DNA of 64,000 nucleotides from Deltaproteobacteria bacterium. GTDB taxonomy: Bacteria > Desulfobacterota > DSM-4660 > Desulfatiglandales > HGW-15. The stretch lies in contig JAFDEE010000004.1 in NCBI GenBank assembly GCA_019310525.1, positions 8,828-72,827 of the forward strand. Reading direction: 5' to 3'. Under the pieces are notes generated by a model. The model saw only the letters and a program-made list of their open reading frames with translations. It ran no database searches and was not told the DNA's origin. Shown one piece after another: positions 45,211 through 54,754 of this stretch (position 1 is the first letter of the stretch; each line of letters starts with the position of its first letter). The position numbers and the translations under genes were made by a program.

Positions 45211-47640
45211 ATGAAGGATAAAAAACGGCATATCGTTCGTACCACCACCTGGTCCGCAGGACCTGGGTGTCACGGGGGATGCGGTGTTTTGGCCCATGTG
45301 GAAGACGGGAAGCTGATCAAGATCGAGGGGGATCCGGAGCATCCCTGGAACCAGGGGCGGCTTTGCGCCCGGGTCCTTGCCATGACCCAATACATTGAGC
45401 ATCCCAAGCGCCTGCGCCGTCCCCTCAAGCGAGCGGGAAAACGGGGGGAAGACCGGTGGGAGGAAATCTCCTGGGAAGAGGCCTTTGATCTCATCGAGAA
45501 GCGGATGAAAGCCATACGGAAGGAGTTTGGGCCCGAAAGTGTGATCTTTTCCATGGGGACGGGCAGGGATATCGGCCCCTGGATCTGCCTCCTGGCCTAT
45601 GCTTACGGGAGCCCCAATGTCATGTTCGCCCTGAGCGGCAACGCCTGTTACAGCCCCAGGATCGCCGCCCTGGATACCTTTCAGGGAGATTACTGCGTGT
45701 TCGATGCAGGCCAGTGGTTCCCGGAGCGTTACGAGGATCCACGCTTCGAGGTGCCGGAGTGCATGATCGTATGGGGATACAATATCCCGGCCACCTGCCC
45801 CGATAATCTCTTCGGCCACTGGATCATCGACCTGATGAAACGGGGCACCAAAATCATATCCGTGGATCCCAGGCTTTCCTGGTTCGCTTCTCGTGCGAAG
45901 TACTGGCTCCAGTTGAGGCCGGGCACCGATGCGGCCCTTGCAATGGGTATGCTCAAAGTCATCCTGGACGAGGACCTGTTCGACCATGAATTCCTCGAAA
46001 AGTGGACCAACGGTGCCCATCTTTTGCGGGAAGACACGGGTAGGCTTTTGAGGGAAAGCGATTTGTGCACCGACGGCAAGGAGGGGAATTTCGTTGTCTG
46101 GGATGAAAAGGGAGGACGGCCCGCTGTCTGGGATACGAAGGAACTCCGGTACGATCCGGTGGATGTGGAGCCGGCCCTTTCAGGGAGATGGGAGGTGGCC
46201 CTGGCGGATGGCCGAAAGGTGCCCTGCCGCACGGTCTGGGACGCGTTCAGGGCCGAGGTGGACAGATACCCCCTGGAGGAGGTGGAGAGAATCACCAGGG
46301 TCCCGGCCGAATTGATCGCAAAAGCCGCCCGCTTTTATGCACGGAGCAAGCCGGCCTCCATACAGTGGGGGGTTCCCATTGATATGACTCCCGGGATCAC
46401 CCCCCTGTGTCACGCCATTGCCTCCCTCTGGGCCCTTACCGGGAACCTGGATGTGCCGGGCGGAAACGTGATCTCCCGGTTCGCCTTCGATGCCGTGGCC
46501 TATGCCCTTCCCGGCGCAGAAGGGGTTATTCGTTTGAAAGACAAGGAACAGGACGAGCCCAGGATCGGCGCCGATCGTTACGGCCCATTCAATCGCTTCA
46601 TCTGGCGGACCCAGACGGATCTGACCCTGGAACAGATTTTCACGGAAAAGCCTTATCCCATAAAGGGTCTCTGGATTCAGACCTGCAATCCTCTCGGCGG
46701 TATCGGTATGGATCCCAGGCGCTGGCGCGATGCACTCGAAAAGGTGGAGTTCATCGTGGCGGTGGACCTTTTCATGACACCCACGACCCAGTATGCGGAC
46801 GTGGTCCTGCCTGCGGCCACCTTCCTGGAAAAGGACGGAGTTCGTACCTGGTGGATACCCCTCCAGAGTATCAACAGGGCCGTGAGGGTGGACGAATGCC
46901 GGCCCGACGTGGAAATCAACTTCGAGTTGGCCCGGCGGTTCGATCCGGATCTCAAGTGGAAGAATATTCATGAGCTTTTCGACGATATTATCCGTCCCTC
47001 TGGCCTGACCTTCCGTGAACTTCAGGAGAAGGGTTGGGTTTTTCCTCCCGAGGACCACCCGAGCCACCCCTATCGCCGCCACGAGAGGGGGCTCCTTCGA
47101 GCCGACCGGAAGCCCGGGTTTCAGACCCCCACGGGCAGGTTCGAGCTATATTCCACCATCCGGGAAGAGTGGGGCCTCAAGCCCCTGCCCCATCACGAGG
47201 AACCTCCCTTCACCCCCGTGAGCAGGCCCGATCTTGCCAGAGACTATCCGTTGATCCTCTCCACCGGGAGACGTTCTCCGGCCTTTTTTCACTCCGAGCA
47301 CCGGATGATACCGTGGCTCCGGGCCATTGATCCGGATCCCGTGGTGGAGATCCACCCCGATACCGCCACAGAGCATGGGATCGGGAACGGCGAATGGGTG
47401 TGGGTGGAAAATTGGCAGGGACGAGCCAAACTCAAGGCCAAGGTGAGCCCCATCGTCCCCCGCTGGATGGTCATGGCGGCACACGGCTGGTGGTTCCCCG
47501 AGCGGAAGGGGGCGGAACCGGAGCTTTACGGCGTGTGGGAACCCAATATCAATTTGCTCCTTCCCATGGGTGCCCAGGGAAAAGACGGCCTGGGAGCCCC
47601 GGTCAAACATTCCATGTGCAGGATATACAAAGCGGATTAA
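45211..47640 (+). CDS. cytoplasmic Mo/W-bis(pyranopterin guanine dinucleotide) oxidoreductase catalytic subunit, substrate unknown
   Basis: 809 aa with no Tat signal. The N-terminal Fe-S region is GPGCHGGCGV..(27)..C. The layout is typical of the molybdopterin oxidoreductase and dinucleotide-binding domains. Confidence 0.85.
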   Translation: MKDKKRHIVRTTTWSAGPGCHGGCGVLAHVEDGKLIKIEGDPEHPWNQGRLCARVLAMTQYIEHPKRLRRPLKRAGKRGEDRWEEISWEEAFDLIEKRMKAIRKEFGPESVIFSMGTGRDIGPWICLLAYAYGSPNVMFALSGNACYSPRIAALDTFQGDYCVFDAGQWFPERYEDPRFEVPECMIVWGYNIPATCPDNLFGHWIIDLMKRGTKIISVDPRLSWFASRAKYWLQLRPGTDAALAMGMLKVILDEDLFDHEFLEKWTNGAHLLREDTGRLLRESDLCTDGKEGNFVVWDEKGGRPAVWDTKELRYDPVDVEPALSGRWEVALADGRKVPCRTVWDAFRAEVDRYPLEEVERITRVPAELIAKAARFYARSKPASIQWGVPIDMTPGITPLCHAIASLWALTGNLDVPGGNVISRFAFDAVAYALPGAEGVIRLKDKEQDEPRIGADRYGPFNRFIWRTQTDLTLEQIFTEKPYPIKGLWIQTCNPLGGIGMDPRRWRDALEKVEFIVAVDLFMTPTTQYADVVLPAATFLEKDGVRTWWIPLQSINRAVRVDECRPDVEINFELARRFDPDLKWKNIHELFDDIIRPSGLTFRELQEKGWVFPPEDHPSHPYRRHERGLLRADRKPGFQTPTGRFELYSTIREEWGLKPLPHHEEPPFTPVSRPDLARDYPLILSTGRRSPAFFHSEHRMIPWLRAIDPDPVVEIHPDTATEHGIGNGEWVWVENWQGRAKLKAKVSPIVPRWMVMAAHGWWFPERKGAEPELYGVWEPNINLLLPMGAQGKDGLGAPVKHSMCRIYKAD

Positions 47641-47657
47641 GACACAGGGAGAAAGTC

Positions 47658-47999
47658 ATGGCCGAGAAATCCCAATACGGACTGCTGATAAACTATGAAT
47701 ATTGTACGGGTTGTCATACCTGCGTGGTGGCCTGTTCCCAGGAATACCGCTGGCCGGCCGGCATGTCTGGGATGAGGGTCCTCGAGGTGGTGGAAAACCT
47801 GCCCAAGGACAAGGCATACCTTGCCTTCCTCCCTTTTCCGACGGAACTTTGCATCCTTTGCAGACCCAGGACTAAGAAAGGTCTGGAGCCGGCCTGTGTA
47901 AAACACTGCATGGCGTCATGCATAAAATACGGAACGATCGAGGAACTGGCCGAAGAGATGAAGGGAAAGCCCAGAATGGTCTTATGGAAACCAAGATAA
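47658..47999 (+). CDS. small ferredoxin-like 4Fe-4S protein (truncated DmsB-type partner)
   Basis: 113 aa from ATG 47658, 17 nt after the catalytic subunit stop. Cys motifs: CTGCHTCVVAC and CILC..(11)..CVKHCMASC. Confidence 0.7.
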   Translation: MAEKSQYGLLINYEYCTGCHTCVVACSQEYRWPAGMSGMRVLEVVENLPKDKAYLAFLPFPTELCILCRPRTKKGLEPACVKHCMASCIKYGTIEELAEEMKGKPRMVLWKPR

Positions 48000-48136
48000 G
48001 GAAGGCTCGGAGGGGACCTCCCGGTGAAGCGCTTTTGTCCGAGGGCGGGTCCCTTCCGGGTTCTACTCAGGAGTTGGGCAGAAAAGCCCGGGAGACACCT
48101 GGCTTTCCTCTCTCCCGGCGGACATCCCGGAATAGA

Positions 48137-48447
48137 GAGACCTTTGAAGAACGTTCAATTTTGTTCAAGGTCAAGGAAGACGAAAATTTTAACCATCCCG
48201 CTTTAGAATGCCAAGCGGGACAGGCATCTATACATTGAAGTATTTCGAGGATTCAGATTCCCCGGAGGCAGCGGAAAGCAGGGGCTGACATTTTCTCCGG
48301 AGCGGGCGTATTTCGGCCCTGAATCAGGATAGATGAAGGAACGAAATACGCAGGCAGGGCCTGTCCGCCGCTGTCTGGCGGGCTTGTCACGCCGTAGCCA
48401 TAGCGAAGGCGGAAGATTGGCAAAAGGGGGCGTTTTTCAGAGGTCTC
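48137..48447. mobile_element. expanded MITE copy (311 bp) carrying about 30 bp and 150 bp of extra internal sequence
   Basis: Same ends as the family (GAGACCTTTGAAGAACG ... CGTTTTTCAGAGGTCTC). The flanks ATAGA/AGAGA match at 4 of 5 positions. The internal module 48360-48420 recurs, reverse-complemented, at 62.56-62.62 kb. Confidence 0.7.
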
Positions 48448-48765
48448 AGAGAGTAGATGAAAGGCTCAGGTATAATATGAGTGATTTCCTAGCATTTTCC
48501 TCCTAATCAACCCATATTGAAACCCACCCTATTTCAGATATAAAATAAAAATTTAGTGTTTTTGCCAAGTCTTTCGGTTCTGTCACGCCTTTTCTCCATG
48601 GGGAGGAGAAGAGCCGGTTTTATGGCAACCCAGGGCCGCTATAGGATGAATGGCGGGCGAAACCGGGGGACTTCGGAAAAAAGAAAAACAAAGCGTAAGA
48701 CCGGCGGAGAGATCCCTTTCAAAGCCGCCTTTTATCTTCACCTTATTTTTGGGGAGGAAAGAACC

Positions 48766-50811
48766 ATGAAGCATAATCAGGACGTTTCCAGGGCCATGAG
48801 CGTCAAGCTGGAGGAGATCTTCGATGAACTCCCTTCCAGGCCCGCCTTTGTGGATGGCATTCGGAGGGCCCCTAAAAGGCCCTTCACCCTCACCCAACAA
48901 GAGACCGAACTCGCCCTGAAAAACGCCCTCCGTTATGTTCCTGAAAAATGGCACGGAGTCCTGGCCCCGGAGTTCCTGGAAGAGCTTCTGACCCGCGGGA
49001 GGATTTACGCATACCGCTTCAGGCCGGAGGGAAAGATCACGGGTCGGCCGATCGAAGAGTATGAGGGACGGTGTATCGAGGGAAAGGCCTTTCAGGTGAT
49101 GATCGATAACAACCTGGATTTTGACGTGGCCCTTTACCCTTATGAACTCGTCACCTACGGGGAAACCGGCCAGGTCTGCCAGAACTGGATGCAGTACCGG
49201 CTTATCAAGCGCTATCTCGAAGTCATGACGCGGGATCAGACCCTGGTCGTGGAATCTGGACATCCTCTCGGCCTTTTCCACTCTTCGCCCGACGCCCCGC
49301 GGGTCATCATCACGAATGCCCTAATGGTGGGTGAATTCGACGACTACGAAAACTGGCAGCGGGCGGCGGCCCTTGGGGTGGCGAATTACGGGCAGATGAC
49401 CGCCGGCGGGTGGATGTATATCGGCCCCCAGGGGATTGTTCATGGGACCTACAGTACGATCCTGAACGCGGGCCGTACCATGCTCGGGATTCCCAAGGAT
49501 CAGGACTTGAAGGGGGTCCTTTTTGTTTCATCGGGCCTTGGGGGCATGAGCGGCGCCCAGGGGAAGGCGGTGGAGATCGCCGGAGGGGTCGGGATCATCG
49601 CTGAAGTGGATTCATCGCGGATCAGAACCCGATCCGAGCAGGGCTGGGTGAGTGAAGTCATTGATGATCCGGGAAGGGCCTTTGAGCGGGCCGGAGAGTG
49701 CCTGGAGAAGAAGGAAAGCATTGCCATCGCCTTTTACGGCAATATCGTGGACCTCCTGGAGTATGCCGTGGAGCATCGGGTCAAAATCGATCTCCTCTCC
49801 GATCAGACCTCCTGCCATGCAGTCTACGACGGGGGTTACTGCCCTCAAGGGCTGAGCTTCGAGGAACGGACCGAGATGCTTAAAGCGGATCCGGATGCCT
49901 TCAGGGAGCGCGTTGATCAATCCCTGCGGCGCCACATTGAACTCGTGCGGACCCTTGTGGAGCGGGGGACTTATTTTTTCGATTACGGCAACAGCTTTCT
50001 CAAAGCTGTGTACGACGCAGGCGTTCGCGAGATCTGCAAGAACGGACGGGATCCCATGGACGGGTTTATTTTTCCTTCCTACGTGGAAGACCTCATGGGG
50101 CCCCTTTTCTTTGATTACGGTTACGGTCCCTTCCGGTGGGTTTGCCTGAGTGGAAAACCTGAGGACCTCCTCAAGACCGATCGCGCGGCCATGGAGTGCA
50201 TTGATCCTGAAAGGCGTTTCCAGGACCGGGACAACTGGGTGTGGATCAGGGATGCAGAGAAGAACAGGCTGGTAGTGGGGACCCAGGCCAGGATCCTTTA
50301 CCAGGACGCCGAGGGCCGGAGGGACATCGCCCTGAAATTCAATGAAATGGTGCGAAGGGGCGAAATCGGGCCGGTCATGATCGGCCGGGACCATCATGAC
50401 ACCGGCGGGACGGATTCGCCTTTCAGGGAGACCTCCAACATCAAGGATGGCAGCAACATCATGGCCGACATGGCAATCCAGTGCTTTGCCGGGAACGCCG
50501 CGCGGGGAATGAGCATGGTGGCTCTACACAACGGGGGCGGCGTGGGAATCGGGAAGGCCATCAACGGCGGCTTTGGTCTGGTCCTGGACGGCAGCGAAAG
50601 GGTCGACCGCGTGATCCGCTCCTCCGTCCCCTGGGATGTCGTGGGAGGCGTGGCCCGCAGGGCCTGGGCCCGGAACCCGAACGCTGTTGAGACGAGTATC
50701 CGGTACAATGAAAGGAACCTGGGTGCGGATCATATCACGCTTCCCTATATCGCCGATGAGAAGCTGGTCAGGGACCTCGTGGCCGAGGCCTTTGAAAAGA
50801 AGGAAGGGTAA
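48766..50811 (+). CDS. hutU: urocanate hydratase (long form)
   Basis: The start was moved to ATG 48766 (MKHNQDV, RBS GGGGAGGA). Urocanase signatures: GQMTAGGWMYIGPQGIVHGT, GLGGMSGAQ and NGGGVGIG. Confidence 0.92.
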   Translation: MKHNQDVSRAMSVKLEEIFDELPSRPAFVDGIRRAPKRPFTLTQQETELALKNALRYVPEKWHGVLAPEFLEELLTRGRIYAYRFRPEGKITGRPIEEYEGRCIEGKAFQVMIDNNLDFDVALYPYELVTYGETGQVCQNWMQYRLIKRYLEVMTRDQTLVVESGHPLGLFHSSPDAPRVIITNALMVGEFDDYENWQRAAALGVANYGQMTAGGWMYIGPQGIVHGTYSTILNAGRTMLGIPKDQDLKGVLFVSSGLGGMSGAQGKAVEIAGGVGIIAEVDSSRIRTRSEQGWVSEVIDDPGRAFERAGECLEKKESIAIAFYGNIVDLLEYAVEHRVKIDLLSDQTSCHAVYDGGYCPQGLSFEERTEMLKADPDAFRERVDQSLRRHIELVRTLVERGTYFFDYGNSFLKAVYDAGVREICKNGRDPMDGFIFPSYVEDLMGPLFFDYGYGPFRWVCLSGKPEDLLKTDRAAMECIDPERRFQDRDNWVWIRDAEKNRLVVGTQARILYQDAEGRRDIALKFNEMVRRGEIGPVMIGRDHHDTGGTDSPFRETSNIKDGSNIMADMAIQCFAGNAARGMSMVALHNGGGVGIGKAINGGFGLVLDGSERVDRVIRSSVPWDVVGGVARRAWARNPNAVETSIRYNERNLGADHITLPYIADEKLVRDLVAEAFEKKEG

Positions 50812-50907
50812 AGCGTGAGGCCGAAATAGGAATTCAACCTTCCAGGGCGTGTTCCCTGGGTTCCTGTTTGCGGAAAGCGGAACCTTGCCATGGAAAGGGA
50901 GTAAGCC

Positions 50908-51804
50908 ATGAAAAAGATCATCGAGTGCGTTCCGAATTTCAGTGAGGGAAGGGACAGGGAAAAGATCGAGAAGATCGTTGCTCCTTTCAGGGAGAAGGAA
51001 GGGGTCAAGCTCCTTGATTACCAGTGGGACCACGATCACAACCGGATGGTGGTCACCACCGTGGGTGAGCCCGAGCCCCTGAAAGATGCAGTCATCGAGG
51101 CCATTGGAGTGGCGGTGGAGATTATCGACATGACAAGGCACAAGGGACAGCATCCTCGCATGGGAGCGGTGGATGTGGTGCCTTTCATTCCCATCAAGAC
51201 CGTAACCATGGAGGAGGCTGTCGAACTTTCTAAGGAGGTGGCGCGGGAGATCTCGGAGAGGTACGGTCTCCCTGTTTTCCTTTACGAGGAATCGGCCACG
51301 AAGCCGGAACGGAAAAACCTGGCTGTCGTTCGAAAGGGCCAATTCGAGGGGATGGTGGAAAAACTGAAGGACCCTGAATGGAAGCCGGACTATGGGCCGG
51401 AGACCATCCATCCCACGGCGGGCATAACCGCGATAGGCGCCAGGATGCCCCTCGTGGCCTACAACGTCAACCTGGACACCTCGAACATGGAGATCGCCGA
51501 CAGTATCGCCAAGAAGGTTCGGCACCTGAGCGGCGGCCTGCGTTTCTGCAAGGCCATCGGCGTGGAACTCAAGGACCGGGGCATCGTCCAGGTCTCCATG
51601 AACATGACGGATTATACCCGGACCGCCCTCTACCGGGCATTTGAACTCATCCGCATGGAGGCCAGGCGATACGGGGTCAACGTGGTGGGAAGCGAGATCG
51701 TGGGTCTGGTTCCCATGGAGGCCCTGATCGATTGCGCCGCATACTATCTCGGGCTCGAAGGCTTCTCCATGAGCCAGGTACTCGAGGCCCGGATTATGGA
51801 GTGA
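50908..51804 (+). CDS. glutamate formimidoyltransferase (FtcD N-terminal type)
   Basis: 298 aa with the MKKIIECVPNFSEGRD signature and a conserved fold pattern throughout. Confidence 0.88.
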   Translation: MKKIIECVPNFSEGRDREKIEKIVAPFREKEGVKLLDYQWDHDHNRMVVTTVGEPEPLKDAVIEAIGVAVEIIDMTRHKGQHPRMGAVDVVPFIPIKTVTMEEAVELSKEVAREISERYGLPVFLYEESATKPERKNLAVVRKGQFEGMVEKLKDPEWKPDYGPETIHPTAGITAIGARMPLVAYNVNLDTSNMEIADSIAKKVRHLSGGLRFCKAIGVELKDRGIVQVSMNMTDYTRTALYRAFELIRMEARRYGVNVVGSEIVGLVPMEALIDCAAYYLGLEGFSMSQVLEARIME

Positions 51805-53096
51805 TGAAACCAATGGGCGGAAACATCTTGATCAAGAATGCATCGGAAGTGGTCACCTGCCATGGTTTCAAGGCGAAGCAGGGCGGGGAAATGAAGGATC
51901 TGCATATCATCGAGAACGGTTCGGTGGTGGTAGAGGAAGGACGCATCCGGGCCGTGGGGAAGACGACGGAGATCCTTTCCGGCCTTGATGAGAGCGGATT
52001 CGAGGTCATTGATGCGACGGGCAAGGCCGTTTTGCCGGGTTTTGTGGATTCCCATACCCACTTCGTTTTCGGTGGTTATCGGGCCGAGGAGTTCGCCTGG
52101 CGGCTGCGGGGTGACAGCTACATGTCCATCATGGAGCGGGGGGGAGGAATCCTGAGCACCGTTCGGGCCACCCGGGAGGCCACCAGGGAAGAACTCATTG
52201 CCTCGGGCATGAAACGGCTGGATTCCATGCTCTCTTTCGGGGTGACCACTGTTGAGGGAAAGAGCGGGTACGGGCTGGACCGGGAAACGGAGATCAAGCA
52301 GCTGGAGGTCATGGCGTACCTCCAGGAGAATCACCCCCTGGACATCGCCGCGACCTTCCTGGGGGCCCACGCTGTTCCCGGGGAATACAAGGGCCGTGAA
52401 GACGACTTTATCGATTTCATGCTCCGGGAGGTCATGCCCGAGGTAAGGGAGCGGGGGCTTGCGGAATTTTGCGATATCTTCTGCGAGAAAAACGTTTTTT
52501 CCGTGGACCAGTCCAGGCGCCTGCTCAAGGGGGCCGGGGAGATGGGTTTCAAGATCAAGCTCCATGCCGATGAAATCGTGTCCCTGGGCGGCGCGGAGCT
52601 GGCCGCGGAGCTGGGGGCGGTCTCTGCGGACCACCTGCTCCAGGCCTCGGACAAGGGCATCCAGGATATGGCCCGGGCAGGTGTTGTGGCCACGCTGCTT
52701 CCCGGGACGGCCTTCAGCCTGAAGGAGCCCTATGCCCGGGGAAGGGAAATGATCGACAAGGGGTGTGCCGTGGCCCTGGCCACTGACCTGAACCCCGGGA
52801 GCTGCTTCACGGAGTCTGTGCCCCTGCTCTTCGCCCTGGCCACCCTTTATATGGGCATCACGACGGAGGAGGCCGTCACGGCCATGACCATCAACGGTGC
52901 GGCGGCCCTTGACCGGGCCGACACCGTTGGAAGTATCGACCCCGGGAAAAAGGGAGATCTCATCATTCTTGAATTTCCCTCCTACAGGTATATCCCCTAT
53001 CATATCGGGGTGAGCACGGTGGAAAAGGTCGTGAAGGACGGACGACTGGTGTTCGACAAAGAAAGGAGGAATGGTCCACTTGCTGGCGGATCTTAA
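51804..53096 (+). CDS. hutI: imidazolonepropionase
   Basis: The start was set at ATG 51804, overlapping the upstream TGA. Motifs: PGFVDSHTHFVFGG, KLHADE and ATDLNPGS. Confidence 0.9.
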   Translation: MKPMGGNILIKNASEVVTCHGFKAKQGGEMKDLHIIENGSVVVEEGRIRAVGKTTEILSGLDESGFEVIDATGKAVLPGFVDSHTHFVFGGYRAEEFAWRLRGDSYMSIMERGGGILSTVRATREATREELIASGMKRLDSMLSFGVTTVEGKSGYGLDRETEIKQLEVMAYLQENHPLDIAATFLGAHAVPGEYKGREDDFIDFMLREVMPEVRERGLAEFCDIFCEKNVFSVDQSRRLLKGAGEMGFKIKLHADEIVSLGGAELAAELGAVSADHLLQASDKGIQDMARAGVVATLLPGTAFSLKEPYARGREMIDKGCAVALATDLNPGSCFTESVPLLFALATLYMGITTEEAVTAMTINGAAALDRADTVGSIDPGKKGDLIILEFPSYRYIPYHIGVSTVEKVVKDGRLVFDKERRNGPLAGGS

Positions 53097-53697
53097 TATA
53101 AGGGACTTTTTGGCAAGAACGGCGTCAAAGGAACCCGTGCCGGGCGGCGGGAGCATCTCTGCCCTGTGCGCCTCGGTAGCGGCGGCCCTTGCGGAGATGG
53201 TGGCGGCCCTCACCGTCGGGAGGAAGGGTTACGAGGCCCAAGGCCCTGAGATGGAAAAGATCGCACAAGAGGCCGCAGGGTATAGGGAAAAACTCGCCGG
53301 GGAGATCGACCGGGATTCAGAGGCTTACGCAGAGGTCATGGCCGCCTTCCGTTTGCCCAAGGAAACGGAAGAGGAAAAGGCCGAAAGGTCAAAGGCAGTG
53401 CAGCAGGCCCTGAAAAAGGCTGCCTTGGTTCCCCTGGGGGTAGCGGAAGATGCCTTCCAGGTCATGGAGATGGCCGGAAAGGTGATCGAGAAGGGGAACC
53501 GCAACGCCGTGACCGACGGGGCTGTGGCCGTCATGACGGCACGCACCGCCGTCCTGGGCGCCCTTTACAACGTGAAAATCAACCTGGGGTCCATAAAGGA
53601 CGAGGATTTTGTGGCACAAATCGCAAAAAGGGTGGAATCCCTCGAAGGAAGTGTCGTGGAAAAGGAAAGGGAATTCCTGGCCCGGGTGAAATTATAG
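53071..53697 (+). CDS. formiminotetrahydrofolate cyclodeaminase-like (cyclodeaminase/cyclohydrolase family)
   Basis: 208 aa with FL...ASKEPVPGGGS.SAL..S..AAL..MV family signature. It overlaps the hutI end by 26 nt. Confidence 0.8.
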   Translation: MVHLLADLNIRDFLARTASKEPVPGGGSISALCASVAAALAEMVAALTVGRKGYEAQGPEMEKIAQEAAGYREKLAGEIDRDSEAYAEVMAAFRLPKETEEEKAERSKAVQQALKKAALVPLGVAEDAFQVMEMAGKVIEKGNRNAVTDGAVAVMTARTAVLGALYNVKINLGSIKDEDFVAQIAKRVESLEGSVVEKEREFLARVKL

Positions 53698-53880
53698 GAC
53701 CCAAAACCCTACCTTTTATTCCGCCACGTTTGTGGATGCCCCGTGAAGGCTTGAAATTTGCCCGTTTTTCCGCCATATTGACGGAGTTTCCTTTTTGGTT
53801 GCCCAGAAAATCGATGACCCCGGCCGTTCCTTTCAGGGAGGAGGGGGTCCCGCAACCCTTTAGAGTGCATCAAGACGACC

Positions 53881-54744
53881 ATGCAACTCTTTTTGGAACA
53901 GCTCCTCAACGGCATCGCCATGGGCTCCATTTACGCCCTGGTCACCCTGGGATTGGCCCTCGTTTACGGTATTTTGCGGATCCTTCACGTGGCCCATGCA
54001 GCCCTATATACCGTTGGGGCTTACATGGGCCTCCTTTTTTTCAATCTGACAGGGAGTCTCATCCTGGGATTTCTTGGAAGCATGGCATGCTGTGCATTCC
54101 TGGGAGTGCTCATCGAGCGGTTTGTCTACTATCCTCTTTTGAAGTATCCCCCCTACGTCCCCTTGATCGGAAGTATCGCCGTAATGCTTGCCATAGAAGA
54201 GATGTGCAGGCTGGTGGCCGGCCCTTATATCCTTACTTTCCCCGCACGTCTTCCCTTCCCGGAGCTTCACCTGGGGGGCATCCAGATTTCATCCACGCTC
54301 CTGGCCGTATATAGCATCACGGCCGGTGTCCTGCTCTTTCTCTGGTACCTGACCACCCGAACGGAACTGGGTCTCGCCATGCGGGCCACCTCCCAGGACC
54401 TGTCCATCGCCGATGCCATGGGGATCAACAGCCACTTCATCGTCAGCGTGACCTTCGTCATCGGATCGGCCGTGGCCGCCATTGCAGGGATTCTCGTCGG
54501 GATCTATTACAACCAGGTCTATCCCACCATGGGCGCGGTTCCGGCCTATAAGACCCTTGCCCTGATCGTAGTGGGGGGAATGGGATCGGTGCCGGGAGCC
54601 GTGATCGCTTCCCTGCTTCTCGGCGTGGCGGAGACCATCCTGATCGGATACGCCAACATCCCCCTCCCAAGGGACGCCCTTGCCTTCATCGCCATGATCG
54701 GCGTTCTCATGTGGCGTTCCGAGGGGCTCCTGGGATCGCGCTAG
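53881..54744 (+). CDS. livH: branched-chain amino acid-type ABC transporter permease (LivH-like)
   Basis: 287 aa; polytopic, starting MQLFLEQLLNGIAMGSIYALV.LGL.LVYG. Confidence 0.88.
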   Translation: MQLFLEQLLNGIAMGSIYALVTLGLALVYGILRILHVAHAALYTVGAYMGLLFFNLTGSLILGFLGSMACCAFLGVLIERFVYYPLLKYPPYVPLIGSIAVMLAIEEMCRLVAGPYILTFPARLPFPELHLGGIQISSTLLAVYSITAGVLLFLWYLTTRTELGLAMRATSQDLSIADAMGINSHFIVSVTFVIGSAVAAIAGILVGIYYNQVYPTMGAVPAYKTLALIVVGGMGSVPGAVIASLLLGVAETILIGYANIPLPRDALAFIAMIGVLMWRSEGLLGSR

Positions 54745-54754
54745 GGAGGACATC

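Noticed and set aside
44239-46020. 593-aa minus-strand ORF spanning the EndoIII-like gene, the intergenic promoter region and the 5' part of the Mo-oxidoreductase gene
   Set aside because: It is antisense to two well-supported genes. The translation is low-complexity (G/P/R/H-rich) with no motifs. Long stop-free antisense frames are expected at this GC content.
50524-53213. Two long minus-strand ORFs (429 aa and 489 aa) across hutU-ftcD-hutI
   Set aside because: They are antisense to genes with unambiguous enzyme signatures and have no recognisable domains and biased composition.
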